A stretch of 32,000 nucleotides of DNA. Source: Candidatus Saccharimonadota bacterium. GTDB lineage: Archaea > Nanohalarchaeota > Nanosalinia > Nanosalinales > Nanosalinaceae. The stretch covers positions 870,001 through 902,000 of the forward strand of contig CP012986.1 in assembly GCA_001761425.1 (NCBI GenBank). The letters are read 5' to 3'. Made by a program: the position numbers and the translations under genes. The notes below the pieces were generated by a model. It searched no databases, was not told the DNA's origin, and saw only the letters and a program-made list of their open reading frames with translations. Positions 1 to 9,300 of the stretch are shown here, piece by piece; the stretch's first letter is position 1; each line of letters begins with the position of its first letter.

Positions 1-16
1 GTTCTGGCTGAGAGAT

Positions 17-433
17 GTGAAGATGCTTGAGCAGAGTTATGGGTTGCTGAGAAGGATTTTGATAGTTCTTGTCGGTGTCTTAGTGCTTTACCGGCATGTG
101 AGGCAGGGTTCGGTTCTGGAGCAGTTTTCACAGTGGATAGTCTTCGCTCTTGTACTTTACCTGGAACTGGCTATCTCGTGGTTCCTGATGAGGACAATCG
201 ATCACATAGACCTGAGTTCGGACCTTAAAAACTGGACTCTACGGCTTCTAGGCCTTCCAACCGTCTTCGCAGGTTCAACGATATCTCTGGGGGCCCAGCC
301 ACTGATAACTTTCTCCTATACGCCAGAACTCTACGGCAACAACGTTTTCCTCGCCGGTATCCTGGTGATGATACTTGGAGGATTCATGATCTACAGGAGC
401 ACGAGAAGACAGCCAGCACTGAAGATATGGTAG
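17..433 (+). CDS. hypothetical integral membrane protein
   Basis: 138-aa ORF (GTG at 17, in-frame ATG at 23). Several hydrophobic helices (ILIVLVGVLVLY, WIVFALVLYLELAISWFLM, VFLAGILVMILGGFMIY). No family motif recognised. Confidence 0.45.
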   Translation: MKMLEQSYGLLRRILIVLVGVLVLYRHVRQGSVLEQFSQWIVFALVLYLELAISWFLMRTIDHIDLSSDLKNWTLRLLGLPTVFAGSTISLGAQPLITFSYTPELYGNNVFLAGILVMILGGFMIYRSTRRQPALKIW

Positions 434-568
434 AAAAACCCACAAAAAAGAATCTGTGACCGCATTTGAGATCTGTGTTTTCCGGAGTGGAAGAGTGCTT
501 AAATTAAACTCTGCCAAATATTTTCGTGATTGACAATGTAGAGTTCGAGACCCGCATATCTATAAGAT

Positions 569-862
569 ATGCTTCGACTAAATTTTACCATGGTAGAATT
601 CGAGACTATCGAGAAAGAAAGACGTGATTATGGAAACTTTCCGGGAGAAAAATTCATCGAGGTAAGCCGGAACAAGGCCATCCAGGACGACGGATCGGAG
701 AACAGCTTTATCCAGATCGCCACCGGTTACTACAACGATGAAGAACCTCAGTACAAGAAAAGGTTCACAGTCCCGACTGACGATAAAGCAGTGGATCAGA
801 TCGTTGAAAAACTTCCCGAAATGTTCGAGAAAGAGAAAGAAAATCGCGAATCAGAGGAGTAA
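569..862 (+). CDS. hypothetical small acidic cytoplasmic protein
   Basis: 97-aa ORF with ATG at 569 and a second in-frame ATG at 590 (MVEFETIEK...). Acidic, no TM segment. Followed by an AGGCCT hairpin plus a T6 run. Product not recognised. Confidence 0.5.
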   Translation: MLRLNFTMVEFETIEKERRDYGNFPGEKFIEVSRNKAIQDDGSENSFIQIATGYYNDEEPQYKKRFTVPTDDKAVDQIVEKLPEMFEKEKENRESEE

Positions 863-870
863 AAAATTAC

Positions 871-898
871 AGGCCTTACTGGAGGCCTCAACTTTTTT
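871..898 (+). terminator. hairpin plus oligo-T terminator candidate built from two AGGCCT palindromes
   Basis: AGGCCT (871-876) - tactgg - AGGCCT (883-888) can form a 6-bp stem with a 6-nt loop. T6 follows at 893-898. The structure starts 9 nt after the stop codon of 569-862. Confidence 0.4.
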
Positions 899-995
899 CC
901 AGTGTTTTTTCACTGCATCATCTACTTCTTGAAACAGTCCAGTAGTCGGGTCCTGAAGGCCAGTTTTTTTATCCAGGGTTTCGAAAATTTTCTGT

Positions 996-1202
996 ATGCA
1001 CTGGATTCAGAAGAAAATGATGGATTATCATCACGGTTATTTCATGGGTGTAGGCCTTGGACTTTTCCTGTTCGGCTTTGCAGTACAGGTCTTTTTGCTT
1101 CCTGAAGGCCTGAGACCGGAGAGTTTCCAGCTACTGACTGTTATTGGAGCATTGTTACTGGGTTATGGGACAGGAAGATGTGACCAGAAGGCCTGTAACT
1201 AA
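996..1202 (+). CDS. hypothetical small membrane protein
   Basis: 68-aa ORF with two hydrophobic helices (GYFMGVGLGLFLFGFAVQVFLL, LLTVIGALLLGYG). In-frame ATG ATG at 1017-1022 lies about 28 nt downstream of an A/T-rich box (984-992). Short ORF, weak support. Confidence 0.35.
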   Translation: MHWIQKKMMDYHHGYFMGVGLGLFLFGFAVQVFLLPEGLRPESFQLLTVIGALLLGYGTGRCDQKACN

Positions 1203-1232
1203 AAAAGCGTGTGGTGCTGGATTCGAGTTTTT

Positions 1233-1760
1233 TTATTGGTTTCTGTGATGCCAGTAAAACAGTAGTCTGGAGAATATTTCGTCCAGGGCTATGGTGAGTG
1301 TTATTATGAGGCCTGAAAAGCTTCCTAGGACTGCTGAGGCCTTTTGTTCTAGTGTGTTGAAGGCTGGGCCTTCTGATAGAGCGGTTTCCAGGAGCAGGTC
1401 GGTCGAGGACATGAATCCTCGGCAGTAAGGTTGTTCTGTGAAGATGCATGGTCGGTAGAGCAGTCCGAGTGCCAGTGTTGAGATCATTGCCGATGTTGCG
1501 ACCATGAGTTCTCCTTTCTCCCATTTTCCCTGGTATTTTTGCTCGAGGCTGTGTCTAAGCCGTGGGTAGAGGATCCTTGACCATATTGTCGCCAGTGAAA
1601 CTGAGATTACAGTAGCTGCTGTGAGCAGTATCCAGGCTGAGATAGGGACGAGCTGTCTGACCGGGCCAGCGGTAGATAGAAGGCCGAAAAAGATAGGGGG
1701 AACGATAAAGCCTAGAACAGGTGCAGAAACGAAAATTAAGGCCTTTCTGAAGTGATTCAT
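1233..1760 (-). CDS. hypothetical integral membrane protein
   Basis: 175-aa ORF with multiple hydrophobic segments (ALIFVSAPVLGFIVPPIFFGLL, ISAWILLTAATVISVSLATIW, MVATSAMISTLALGLLY, VLGSFSGLIITLTIAL). No family motif recognised. Confidence 0.55.
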   Translation of the reverse strand: MNHFRKALIFVSAPVLGFIVPPIFFGLLSTAGPVRQLVPISAWILLTAATVISVSLATIWSRILYPRLRHSLEQKYQGKWEKGELMVATSAMISTLALGLLYRPCIFTEQPYCRGFMSSTDLLLETALSEGPAFNTLEQKASAVLGSFSGLIITLTIALDEIFSRLLFYWHHRNQ

Positions 1761-1865
1761 ATCTAATTAGTTAAAGACGGAACTTGATAAGATTTTCCTG
1801 CGGAAGATTCTAGCTCACGGGAAAATAATCTTTTTGAACATCTAAATCCAGTTCTGTATTACAGG

Positions 1866-2201
1866 ATGGCCCTAGTTTACCCTGAGATAACTTTCGCATA
1901 TGTAATCAGTTTAATCGCTGGTATCTACGGCTTAGCTCTTTTAATATTTCTGAGGGAACTTAGGAAAAGGCCTGAAACAGTTATGGCACGTTTTAAACTT
2001 AACAGGGAGAAAACGACGACTGATTTCAGGAATATGCTGGCAGGTAATATCGTCCTGGCATTTTCCATGGTTTTACTGCTGGCAGCATCGATCAGTCAGA
2101 ACGAGGCGATACTGAACATTTCCTACACGATCCAGATACTATCCTCCAGCGTAATAGTCTACACTATCTCAACATGGGTGAAAGAATATGCAGTTAAGTA
2201 A
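1866..2201 (+). CDS. hypothetical 3-TM membrane protein (tandem pair, member 1)
   Basis: 111-aa ORF. Layout is TM helix, basic loop (RELRKRPE), then two more TM helices. Overlaps the next ORF by 14 nt. Confidence 0.5.
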   Translation: MALVYPEITFAYVISLIAGIYGLALLIFLRELRKRPETVMARFKLNREKTTTDFRNMLAGNIVLAFSMVLLLAASISQNEAILNISYTIQILSSSVIVYTISTWVKEYAVK

Positions 2202-2538
2202 TCCCCTGACTTTGCTAGCCGTTATAGGCCTCACAGCATTTGCCTTGGCCTCTTACTTCAATTACCAGGTATACAGAAGGCTTAAGAATGAGGGAGAGAC
2301 CACGATAGAATATCTGTTGATCAGAAGTGAGATAAAAAAGGCCTTGGAACTGCTTGTAGCATCGATCCTGATTTTTCTGCTGTCAACGCTGGTAACAGTG
2401 CTCGCTATTGAAACTGAAAGAATTCTACTGTCGCAGATTATCAGAGCAGGGAGTGCAGTAATGTTTATCTCTTATACAGGATTCTTTGCGGTGCTGGCGA
2501 TCTATACAAGGCCTGAGAAACTCGGAGGCCTTACGTAG
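2188..2538 (+). CDS. hypothetical 3-TM membrane protein (tandem pair, member 2)
   Basis: 116-aa ORF with the same layout as 1866-2201: TM helix, basic loop (YRRLKNEGE), two TM helices. The stop codon is flanked by a pair of AGGCCT copies (2526, 2553). Confidence 0.5.
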   Translation: MQLSNPLTLLAVIGLTAFALASYFNYQVYRRLKNEGETTIEYLLIRSEIKKALELLVASILIFLLSTLVTVLAIETERILLSQIIRAGSAVMFISYTGFFAVLAIYTRPEKLGGLT

Positions 2539-2579
2539 AAAATTGAAAGTAGAGGCCTGTAATTAACGCAATTTTTGAT

Positions 2580-3524
2580 CTAGATTTTGTCTACGTTGTC
2601 TTTGAGTGTTTCCATCTCTTTTGAGATTTTTCTGATTTCTTCTTTCATCTCTTTTTTCTGTTCTTTCAGTTTCTGAATATTGTTTTTCATGTCTTTTTTC
2701 TGTTCCTTGAGGGCTGTTTTTTTCTTCCTGAGCTTCTTCACTTTCTTCTTCAGTTTTTTGCCCTTGGTGTTGATCTTCTTTATTTTCTTTTTTTCATTGT
2801 TTTTTCTGTCTCTGAGCTGGCTGATCTCTTGTTGAAGGCCTTTTTTCTCTTCCCTGAGTTGTTTAACTTGTTTTTCTGCTTTCTCCTTTTCTTCCTTTGC
2901 TTCTACGGCCTGAGCGATTTTTTCATCCATCTTGTTGACTTTATCGAGTAACTGGCCGAAATCTTCGTCCGCTTCCAAATCTTCCAGATCATCAAGGCCT
3001 TCAGTTTCGCTGTTCGAATCTTCTGCATCTGTGTCGATTTCTTCTGTTTCATCTTCTATCTCCAGGTCTTCGTCATCGATTTCCAGATCTATATCTTCTT
3101 CCAGCTCTTCTAATTCATCGTCTTCGGATTCTGGTTCTCCGGTATCTTTATCTTCTGTTTCTTCACCCGGTTCACTGGTCTGTTCGTCTGCTTCAGTTTT
3201 TTGATCCTCGTTTTCCTCCTGTTTTTCTTCCTGTTTGTCTGTGTCGTTTGAGGCCTCTGTTTTTTCTTCGGAGTTTTCTTCAGAGGTTTCTGTTTTTTCT
3301 TCTGGTTGATCTGAGGCCTGTTTTTCTTGGTTGTTTTCGTTTTCAGGCGTTTCTTCTTTTTCTTTGTTTTTCTGTGTTTTTTCCTGTTGTTTGCTGTCCG
3401 TTTCGTCTTCTTGAGTGTTTTTGGCTTCTTCTACTTCTTGTTCTGTGTGTTCTTTCTTCTGGTGTAGCTTGAGGCCTTTTTTGCTGTTCATTTTTTTGTC
3501 GCATACCGGACAGGTGTAAGCCAT
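2580..3524 (-). CDS. C2H2 zinc-finger protein with poly-acidic middle and lysine-rich coiled-coil C-terminus
   Basis: 314-aa ORF with ATG start. N-terminal finger is YTCPVCDKKMNSKKGLKLHQKKEH (C-x2-C-x12-H-x4-H). About 190 aa of E/D-rich low complexity follow. The C-terminus is K-rich and heptad-like (KKLKKKVKKLRKKKTALKEQKK...). Lies 34 nt downstream of 3559-5151 on the same strand. Confidence 0.75.
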   Translation of the reverse strand: MAYTCPVCDKKMNSKKGLKLHQKKEHTEQEVEEAKNTQEDETDSKQQEKTQKNKEKEETPENENNQEKQASDQPEEKTETSEENSEEKTEASNDTDKQEEKQEENEDQKTEADEQTSEPGEETEDKDTGEPESEDDELEELEEDIDLEIDDEDLEIEDETEEIDTDAEDSNSETEGLDDLEDLEADEDFGQLLDKVNKMDEKIAQAVEAKEEKEKAEKQVKQLREEKKGLQQEISQLRDRKNNEKKKIKKINTKGKKLKKKVKKLRKKKTALKEQKKDMKNNIQKLKEQKKEMKEEIRKISKEMETLKDNVDKI

Positions 3525-3558
3525 ATGTTATGCTGTGGGTGTGGTGGTTGAAAAAAGT

Positions 3559-5151
3559 TTACTGGTTTTCAAACTGTTTTTTCAGCATTTGCAGAAGTTC
3601 TGGTTCTTCGGCCTGCATCTGGGTTCTGTGGGCTTTTAGCTTGTGTTTGATAAGTTTTTTGTGGAGTGCGAATTTTTCTCTGCAGTATGGGCATTCCTGT
3701 AGTTCTTCGGAGTGTACGTCTTCTTTGTGTTTTTTTAGGGCGTTGCTTGATCTGAATGTTTTTCTGCAGTTATCGCATCTGAAAAGCTCTACATCTTCGT
3801 GATTTATTTTTTTGCCTTTGAAAATCTGTAGTATTTTGGCTTTGAGGAACTGGAGGATGCTTTTCTGGCCTTCTTCAAGTTCCAGTACGAAAAGTGACTG
3901 TTCAAGATTTGAGATCCTGTCCTTTATACCTGCGGAGTTGTCTTCCATATCCTGGTATATTTTCTCTATCTTCTGTTTCTGAATCTGTTTTTTCTTTACT
4001 GCTTCCAGTGACTCTCTGTTTTCTTTCACCTTCTGATCTATATCGGCCATCTTTTCGTGGACTTGTATAAACCTGTCAATAGTCTTTTCGTCTATGGAGT
4101 CCTGTACTTCAGAGTTCTCAGCTATTTCCCTGATTTCTTCCACATCGTAGTTGGATTTCAGCTCTTCTATCTGGTCTTCAAGGCTTTCAAGGCCTTCAAT
4201 GTGTTCATAAACTGATTCAAGCTCTTGTTCTGTTACGAATCTGGTGTCCTCGTAGTCATCTATTTTTTCTATGGTGGCTTCTACTGCTGGAATCAGTCTC
4301 TGCATCTGTTTTTCTTTCTCCTCGACCGTGTTTTTGACTTCTTCAAAGTCCTGTTTTTCCGGCAGGTCGTTTACCTTGATCTGTACATCGTCGAAGAGTT
4401 TTCTTAGCTCGTGGAACCTGTCTGAGAGGCCTTCCTGTTGTTCTTCTATTCTTTCGACTTCTGAGACCTTTTCCTGCATTTCCAGGAACATGTCTTCTAC
4501 TTTGTTGGAGTAGGAATCCATTTTTTGTTCCTTTTCCTTGGCTTTCTGTAGATCCGACCTGATCTCTTTTTTCATGTCCTTTATCTGGTCGAGGCCTTCG
4601 AAGTCGTTGACTGTGGATCTTAGTTCGGATAATTCGTCTCTCAGGCCTTTTATTTCGTCTCTTGTGCTTTCTAACTGGCCTTCTATTTTTTCTATTTTTG
4701 CGTCTCTTTCCTCTATCTTTTTTTCTACTTCTCTTGGCTCTATTTTTTCTACGAGGTCCAGTGCTTTGTCTGCTTCCTGTTCTATTTTTCCTATTTTTTT
4801 CTCGTTTGATCGGGAGTTTTCTTTTGTGCTTCCGAGCCTGTCGGAGATTGTGTCCAGTCTTTCGTTGAAGGAGTTTACCCGTTGGCTCATGCTTTCTACC
4901 TGTGTTATGGCCTTCTGGTTGTTGCTCTTCATGTCCTGGACTTTTTTGCTCAGTTCCTGTGGTACTTCTGAGTCTGTCTGGACTTCTTCAGTTTCTTCTT
5001 CGGATCCGTCTATGGCCTCTCCCAGTGCGTCGTATATCTCTCCGTGCTCGTTTTTCTTGTGCATCTTGAGGTCTCTTACAGAATCGAAACCTTCCTCTCC
5101 ACAGTCTGCGCAGTTAAGTTGTTCTTTTTCGGACGGAGAGACTAGATCCAT
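3559..5151 (-). CDS. long coiled-coil protein capped by C2H2 zinc fingers at both ends
   Basis: 530-aa ORF with ATG start. N-terminal finger is NCADCGEEGFDSVRDLKMHKKNEH. About 430 aa of E/K/L/I heptad-rich sequence follow. Two C-terminal canonical fingers are FRCDNCRKTFRSSNALKKHKEDVH and QECPYCREKFALHKKLIKHKLKAH (C-x2-C-x3-F-x5-L-x2-H-x4-H). Confidence 0.8.
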   Translation of the reverse strand: MDLVSPSEKEQLNCADCGEEGFDSVRDLKMHKKNEHGEIYDALGEAIDGSEEETEEVQTDSEVPQELSKKVQDMKSNNQKAITQVESMSQRVNSFNERLDTISDRLGSTKENSRSNEKKIGKIEQEADKALDLVEKIEPREVEKKIEERDAKIEKIEGQLESTRDEIKGLRDELSELRSTVNDFEGLDQIKDMKKEIRSDLQKAKEKEQKMDSYSNKVEDMFLEMQEKVSEVERIEEQQEGLSDRFHELRKLFDDVQIKVNDLPEKQDFEEVKNTVEEKEKQMQRLIPAVEATIEKIDDYEDTRFVTEQELESVYEHIEGLESLEDQIEELKSNYDVEEIREIAENSEVQDSIDEKTIDRFIQVHEKMADIDQKVKENRESLEAVKKKQIQKQKIEKIYQDMEDNSAGIKDRISNLEQSLFVLELEEGQKSILQFLKAKILQIFKGKKINHEDVELFRCDNCRKTFRSSNALKKHKEDVHSEELQECPYCREKFALHKKLIKHKLKAHRTQMQAEEPELLQMLKKQFENQ

Positions 5152-5172
5152 GGTTATCTTTTCTCCTCGTTG

Positions 5173-5182
5173 AAATATAAGC
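5173..5182 (-). promoter_or_regulatory. TATA-box candidate for the 530-aa zinc-finger gene
   Basis: The minus strand reads GCTTATATTT, centred about 26 nt upstream of the ATG at 5151 and just after the giant gene stop (5186-5188). This could equally be a co-transcribed spacer (GGAG lies 13-16 nt upstream of the ATG). Confidence 0.3.
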
Positions 5183-5185
5183 TTG

Positions 5186-6313
5186 TCACATGTCTATTTC
5201 GTCTTCCAGCTCATTATTTAGCTCCTCTAGGTAGGTGTCTACGAGGTTGAAGCTCATCTTTCTAAGGTTCTTCTTGGCGAGGTTCAGACGTGATCTGTAG
5301 TCAAATACGTCCTCTCCCATGTCATCCAGTACATCTATCATGTCCTCTATCTTATCGATTCTTCTGTTGTAATCTTCGAATTTCTCGAGTTTGTCGTCAG
5401 ATATTTTTTCTGGACTGTGCTTTAGAGGCCTGAAGTCGACGAAGTAAGGCCTGCCGTGGTTGTAACTGGAGTTTTGTATCATTCCTGTTCCTGTGTTTGA
5501 TTTTGTGACTCCCTGTGAGATGTGGTCGCCGTATTTTCTCTGTATTCTGTCCAGGTCTCCTTCGTATTCTGTTCTCATCTGTACCTGTGTGCCGATGTTG
5601 GCTCTTACTTCTTCTGGGAAGTCGCCTATGACCTGGGAGATAAGTAGCATTCCTATGCCCCATTTACGGAATTCACGGGCTCCTCTTTCTAATTGTTTGA
5701 CTCCTTCTCCTGTTCCACCGAATTTTTCCAGTACTCTGTGTGCCTCGTCGTAGACTATGAGAGTTTGAAGTTGATCTGTTTCCTCAGGGTTGTATTCGAA
5801 TATCTGTTTGATTGTGTCCGAAAGGTATTTTTCAAGTTCTTCGTTGTCCAGCTTATGCATTGAGAAAACATGTATGCTGCCCTCGTCTTCCCCGCTTCTA
5901 AGTACATCTGTGATGTCTACTGTATCCTGGTCTGCTTCTACAGCTCTGATGTTCCCGGTGTAGTCGCGGGTGTCGGATTCGCTCATGCCGAAGTCTCCGA
6001 AGAAGGCCTCCATCTGCTGGTCCTCGTTTTCCTCGAGGTATCCCGACCATTGGCCTGTTGGATCTAGCACTATGACATTTACTCCTTTTTCCAGTGCCTC
6101 TTCTGCGATAACCTCTGCTGCTACTGTTTTTCCTGCTCCTGTGGCTCCTGCTGCTAGACAGTGTGTTTTCAGGTCTTCAAGGTTGAGGAATGCTCTCTTG
6201 CCGATTTCCGAAAGCTGTCCGACGAAGGCTGTTCTTCCTGTTTCATCGGGTAGTTCTGCGTTGTCGACCTGTTCGTCAAATCTTTTCTTTTTCTCCTCTA
6301 TTTTCTTCTTGCG
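5186..6313 (-). other. cytoplasmic HerA/FtsK-superfamily (DUF87/COG0433-like) ATPase domain of the giant protein
   Basis: Walker A GATGAGKT at 6125-6148. The DPTGQWSGY segment resembles the HerA DPHGEY motif. Walker B LIVYDEAH at 5738-5761. FRKWGIGMLLISQ resembles the EGRK.G...ISQ motif of HerA-like ATPases. Confidence 0.75.
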
Positions 6314-9300
6314 GTAGTAGTAGTATCCTCCTGCAGAAGATAGTATTATGAGGATAAAGATTGAGAGCAGCCAGTATCTATTCTGGATTCCTACGGTTTG
6401 GCGGTCCAGTAAAGGTTTCTGTAAATCTACCTGTCCGACAGCAGTTGCTGATCTGTTACCTGGGATATTTGAGTATTCTACTGAGGCCCTGGCTTCATAT
6501 GTCCCTAGTTCAGCGTCTTCAGGGATATTCATGCTGATTATTCTATCGATGGTGGTCTGAACAGCAAATGTCTGGGTTTTTTTGGCTATGACTTCATTGT
6601 CTGTTATGTCGACTATTTCTATTTTTGTTTCTGCGTCTACAGCTCTGGAGAATCCTTGGTTGCTGAAGGATATTTTGATTCTGGCCTGTTCTCCGGGCTG
6701 GAAGCTTTCTACCGTAGGTTCTATAGTAACATCAAGTAAGCGGTTTTCAGCACTTACTATATCTATGTTTATAGGCACAGATCTTTCGTTATTAGGTCCT
6801 TTTATCTGTATGAAGCCGCTGAACTTCTTCAATCTGGAATTGTTTGAAGCATTTACTGAGATTCTTACAGTTCTGAACTCTCCTGGTTCCATGGTAATGT
6901 TATTTTCCAGCGATACCAGCTCAGCTATATTATCTGTTTTCTCCAGTTGTATCTCTACGGTTTCATCTCTCGGATTCTGCAGCGAAATTGCAGTGGATTT
7001 GCGCTCACCAGGCTGTAAGGAAACTGTTACTTCGCTATTGCCTATTGCTAGGTCGTCTTGTGATTCGTTAAGTTGATCAGCTATCTCGTCCAGCGAGTCA
7101 TCGTTAGATGAATCTGTATTACCTCCGAAAGGAGGTTCAAAGTTTCCTCCAGTACCTGAATCAGTGTTTGATCCTTCTGTATTCGAGGCGATATCCTCCA
7201 GAAGTGAATCAAGATCAGAAAGATCTGATAGTTCTGAGAGATCCCCTATTTCTCCTGTCAGGTTGACATTCAGGTTATTATCTGTAGATGAGGATTCATC
7301 CTCGACAAGTATGTATGAGGAAAAGCCTGAGATGTTGTTGACATAGAGGTTCTCCGAGTTCACATCTATGAATGTCTGATCGCCTGCCACTGCTTCATAA
7401 CTTGACTGACAGGATTCAGCCTTTGAAAGATTGTATTGCTCGCATTTCAGGACCTGTAGGTTACCTTGGTAATCTATGCTGTTTTTCAGTTCTGAGTAAT
7501 CGAAGGATAGGCTTCCTGATATATTTTCGAATGAATCTGAGATAACACCAAATCCTGAGAGATACTCCTGTTCGACATTAACTAGGTCGTCACTGATTTC
7601 TGCATCGAACTTTGGAGGACTGCTATTAATCATCTCGCCTGTGACAGAATCTACATTAGCAACCTTGTCATCATCAACCACGATCTCTGCTCTACTGTAG
7701 TTACCGCTCTTAATAGTCTGGTTGTAGCTATTGTTGACAGGCTCAACCGAATCAGATACTTCTCCTCCTTCATCTACAAGTCTGATCTCCGTCTGGTTCG
7801 AGGGTTCTCCAGCTTCTCCCTCTACATTTAGAGGCCTGAAAACACGGAAGTATTCGCTTCCTGATTGTCCTGTGTTGTCCTCTACATCGGTTGATTCAAA
7901 GCTCACATTGTAAAGGCCTTCTTCCTGGGTCTGTGCGAACTCTCCTTTCCAGGTTCTGCTTTCCTGTTCAGATAACGGTGTGGTATCATTTGGTGTCAGC
8001 TCAAGTTGTACGCTGTTTTGCCCAGGTGTGATTATGTTTGCAGTTACCTGTTCTCCTGTTATCTGGCTTTCGTCCTTGAGCGTTACTTCAATGCTGGAGT
8101 TCTCATTTTCCGTGACCGGTTCAGCTGTCAGATTTACGAATTCTGGAGGGGTTACATCTGCGTAGGATACTTCTGTTTTTTCCTCTATGCTTGAACGGAA
8201 TTCTGTGGAAGTGGATGAGTATATGAAGGTATGTTTTATTCCGTCCTTTATGTCTGGGCTTTGGAACTCTGTTTCCCACATTTTTGTCGATGGATTGTAG
8301 TTTTCTGGGATGTCCAGCGTTTTTCCTGATGCTTCGAGCTTTATGTCGACTTCATTTCCTTGTCCAATGGTCTGGTCGGATCTTGTAAGGTTGAACCGGG
8401 CTTTTATGGTGTCTCCTGCGACCAGATCTTGTTTCCGGTTCTGGTAAGTGTTGTTGAATCTTATGTCCTGTACGAACAGTGTCATGTTTGCGATGTTGTG
8501 CTGATCTAGCTCCGTACTTGATGATGGATCTATGCTGAAGTTGTAGGGTTCGGTTCCCTTTGGATCTATCTGATCTGTATCCGATCTTACCTGGATATTC
8601 TTTGTCTCTCCTGGTTCTATGTTCTTCTCGAATGGGTCTGTGGAGTCCTCTCCCAGATAGAACTCGAAGTCTCTCGGATTGTCGATGGCAAGTGGTTCGA
8701 GAGGTACATTTCCTGTATTTTTGACAGAGAAGGTTGTGATATTCAGGTTGCCCTGATTGGCTGGTATGGTCTGGCTGTCGTTCTCTGGTTCGATTTCTAC
8801 AGATCTCTGTTCTGGTACAACTACTGTGGTGCCGTTGAGCTGTTTATTCGTTCTCTCTGAGATTGCCTTGATCTGGATCTCTTCTGTGGTTGGTTGAAGG
8901 TATTCTGCCGCCGACATTTCGTAATTTACTGTTTTTGATTCTCCGCTGTCCAGGTCGAATCCGGTCTGACTGAAGCCTGTTATCCCAAGTTCGGAGTCAC
9001 ATCCTATACATTCAAACTGGATGTCCTCTAGCCTTGTGTTTCCAGCGGATTTGACTGTTAGGCTGCCGTTCTCTGTGGAGCCGTGAGGTATATTTACAGT
9101 CTGTGCTCCGGTTACATTCATCTTGATGTTGGCTGTGGCCGATGCAGTTAAAGTATTCTCTGTACCTGATACACTGCTTCCATCCGGGTTGTTCCAGGCA
9201 GGAGTGATACTGGCGAAGTAATCCGGGATAAACTCAGTGTTTGCAGCTGCAACAATCTCGGCATCAAAGGTCTTGTTCTCACGGGCCGATACATCTCCTA

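Noticed and set aside
569-862. Possible PC4/YdbC-like ssDNA-binding fold for the 97-aa protein (pattern FIEVSRNK...FIQIATGYY...KKRFTVP)
   Set aside because: The resemblance rests on my memory of a loose pattern only. It cannot be supported without a profile search, so the protein is left as hypothetical.
890-1105. Plus ORF 902-1105, and a protein-like minus-strand reading (IQKIFETLDKKTGLQDPTTGLFQEVDDAVKKHWKKVEASSKACN)
   Set aside because: The plus ORF has no features and overlaps the better 996-1202 frame. The minus-strand reading is only about 50 codons between stops with no ATG/GTG/TTG start. At most it is a gene remnant.
1141-1524. 127-aa minus-strand ORF overlapping 1233-1760 in another frame
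   Set aside because: It is an Arg/Thr/Pro-rich product atypical for this acidic proteome. The 175-aa membrane-protein frame is longer and coherent.
2900-3420. Repetitive ttcttc/gtttttc DNA checked as a possible tandem-repeat or CRISPR-like array
   Set aside because: The repetition is irregular and is explained by E/K/D codon runs of the 314-aa acidic protein. There are no constant-length repeats with unique spacers anywhere in the window.
2932-5173. Plus-strand ORFs antisense to the zinc-finger/coiled-coil genes (2932-3204, 3248-3472, 3530-3802, 4225-4513, 4538-5173, 4662-4868)
   Set aside because: Antisense reading of GAA/AAG-rich coiled-coil and acidic coding sequence yields long open Ser/Phe/Leu frames. 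The minus-strand products carry complete C2H2 finger motifs.
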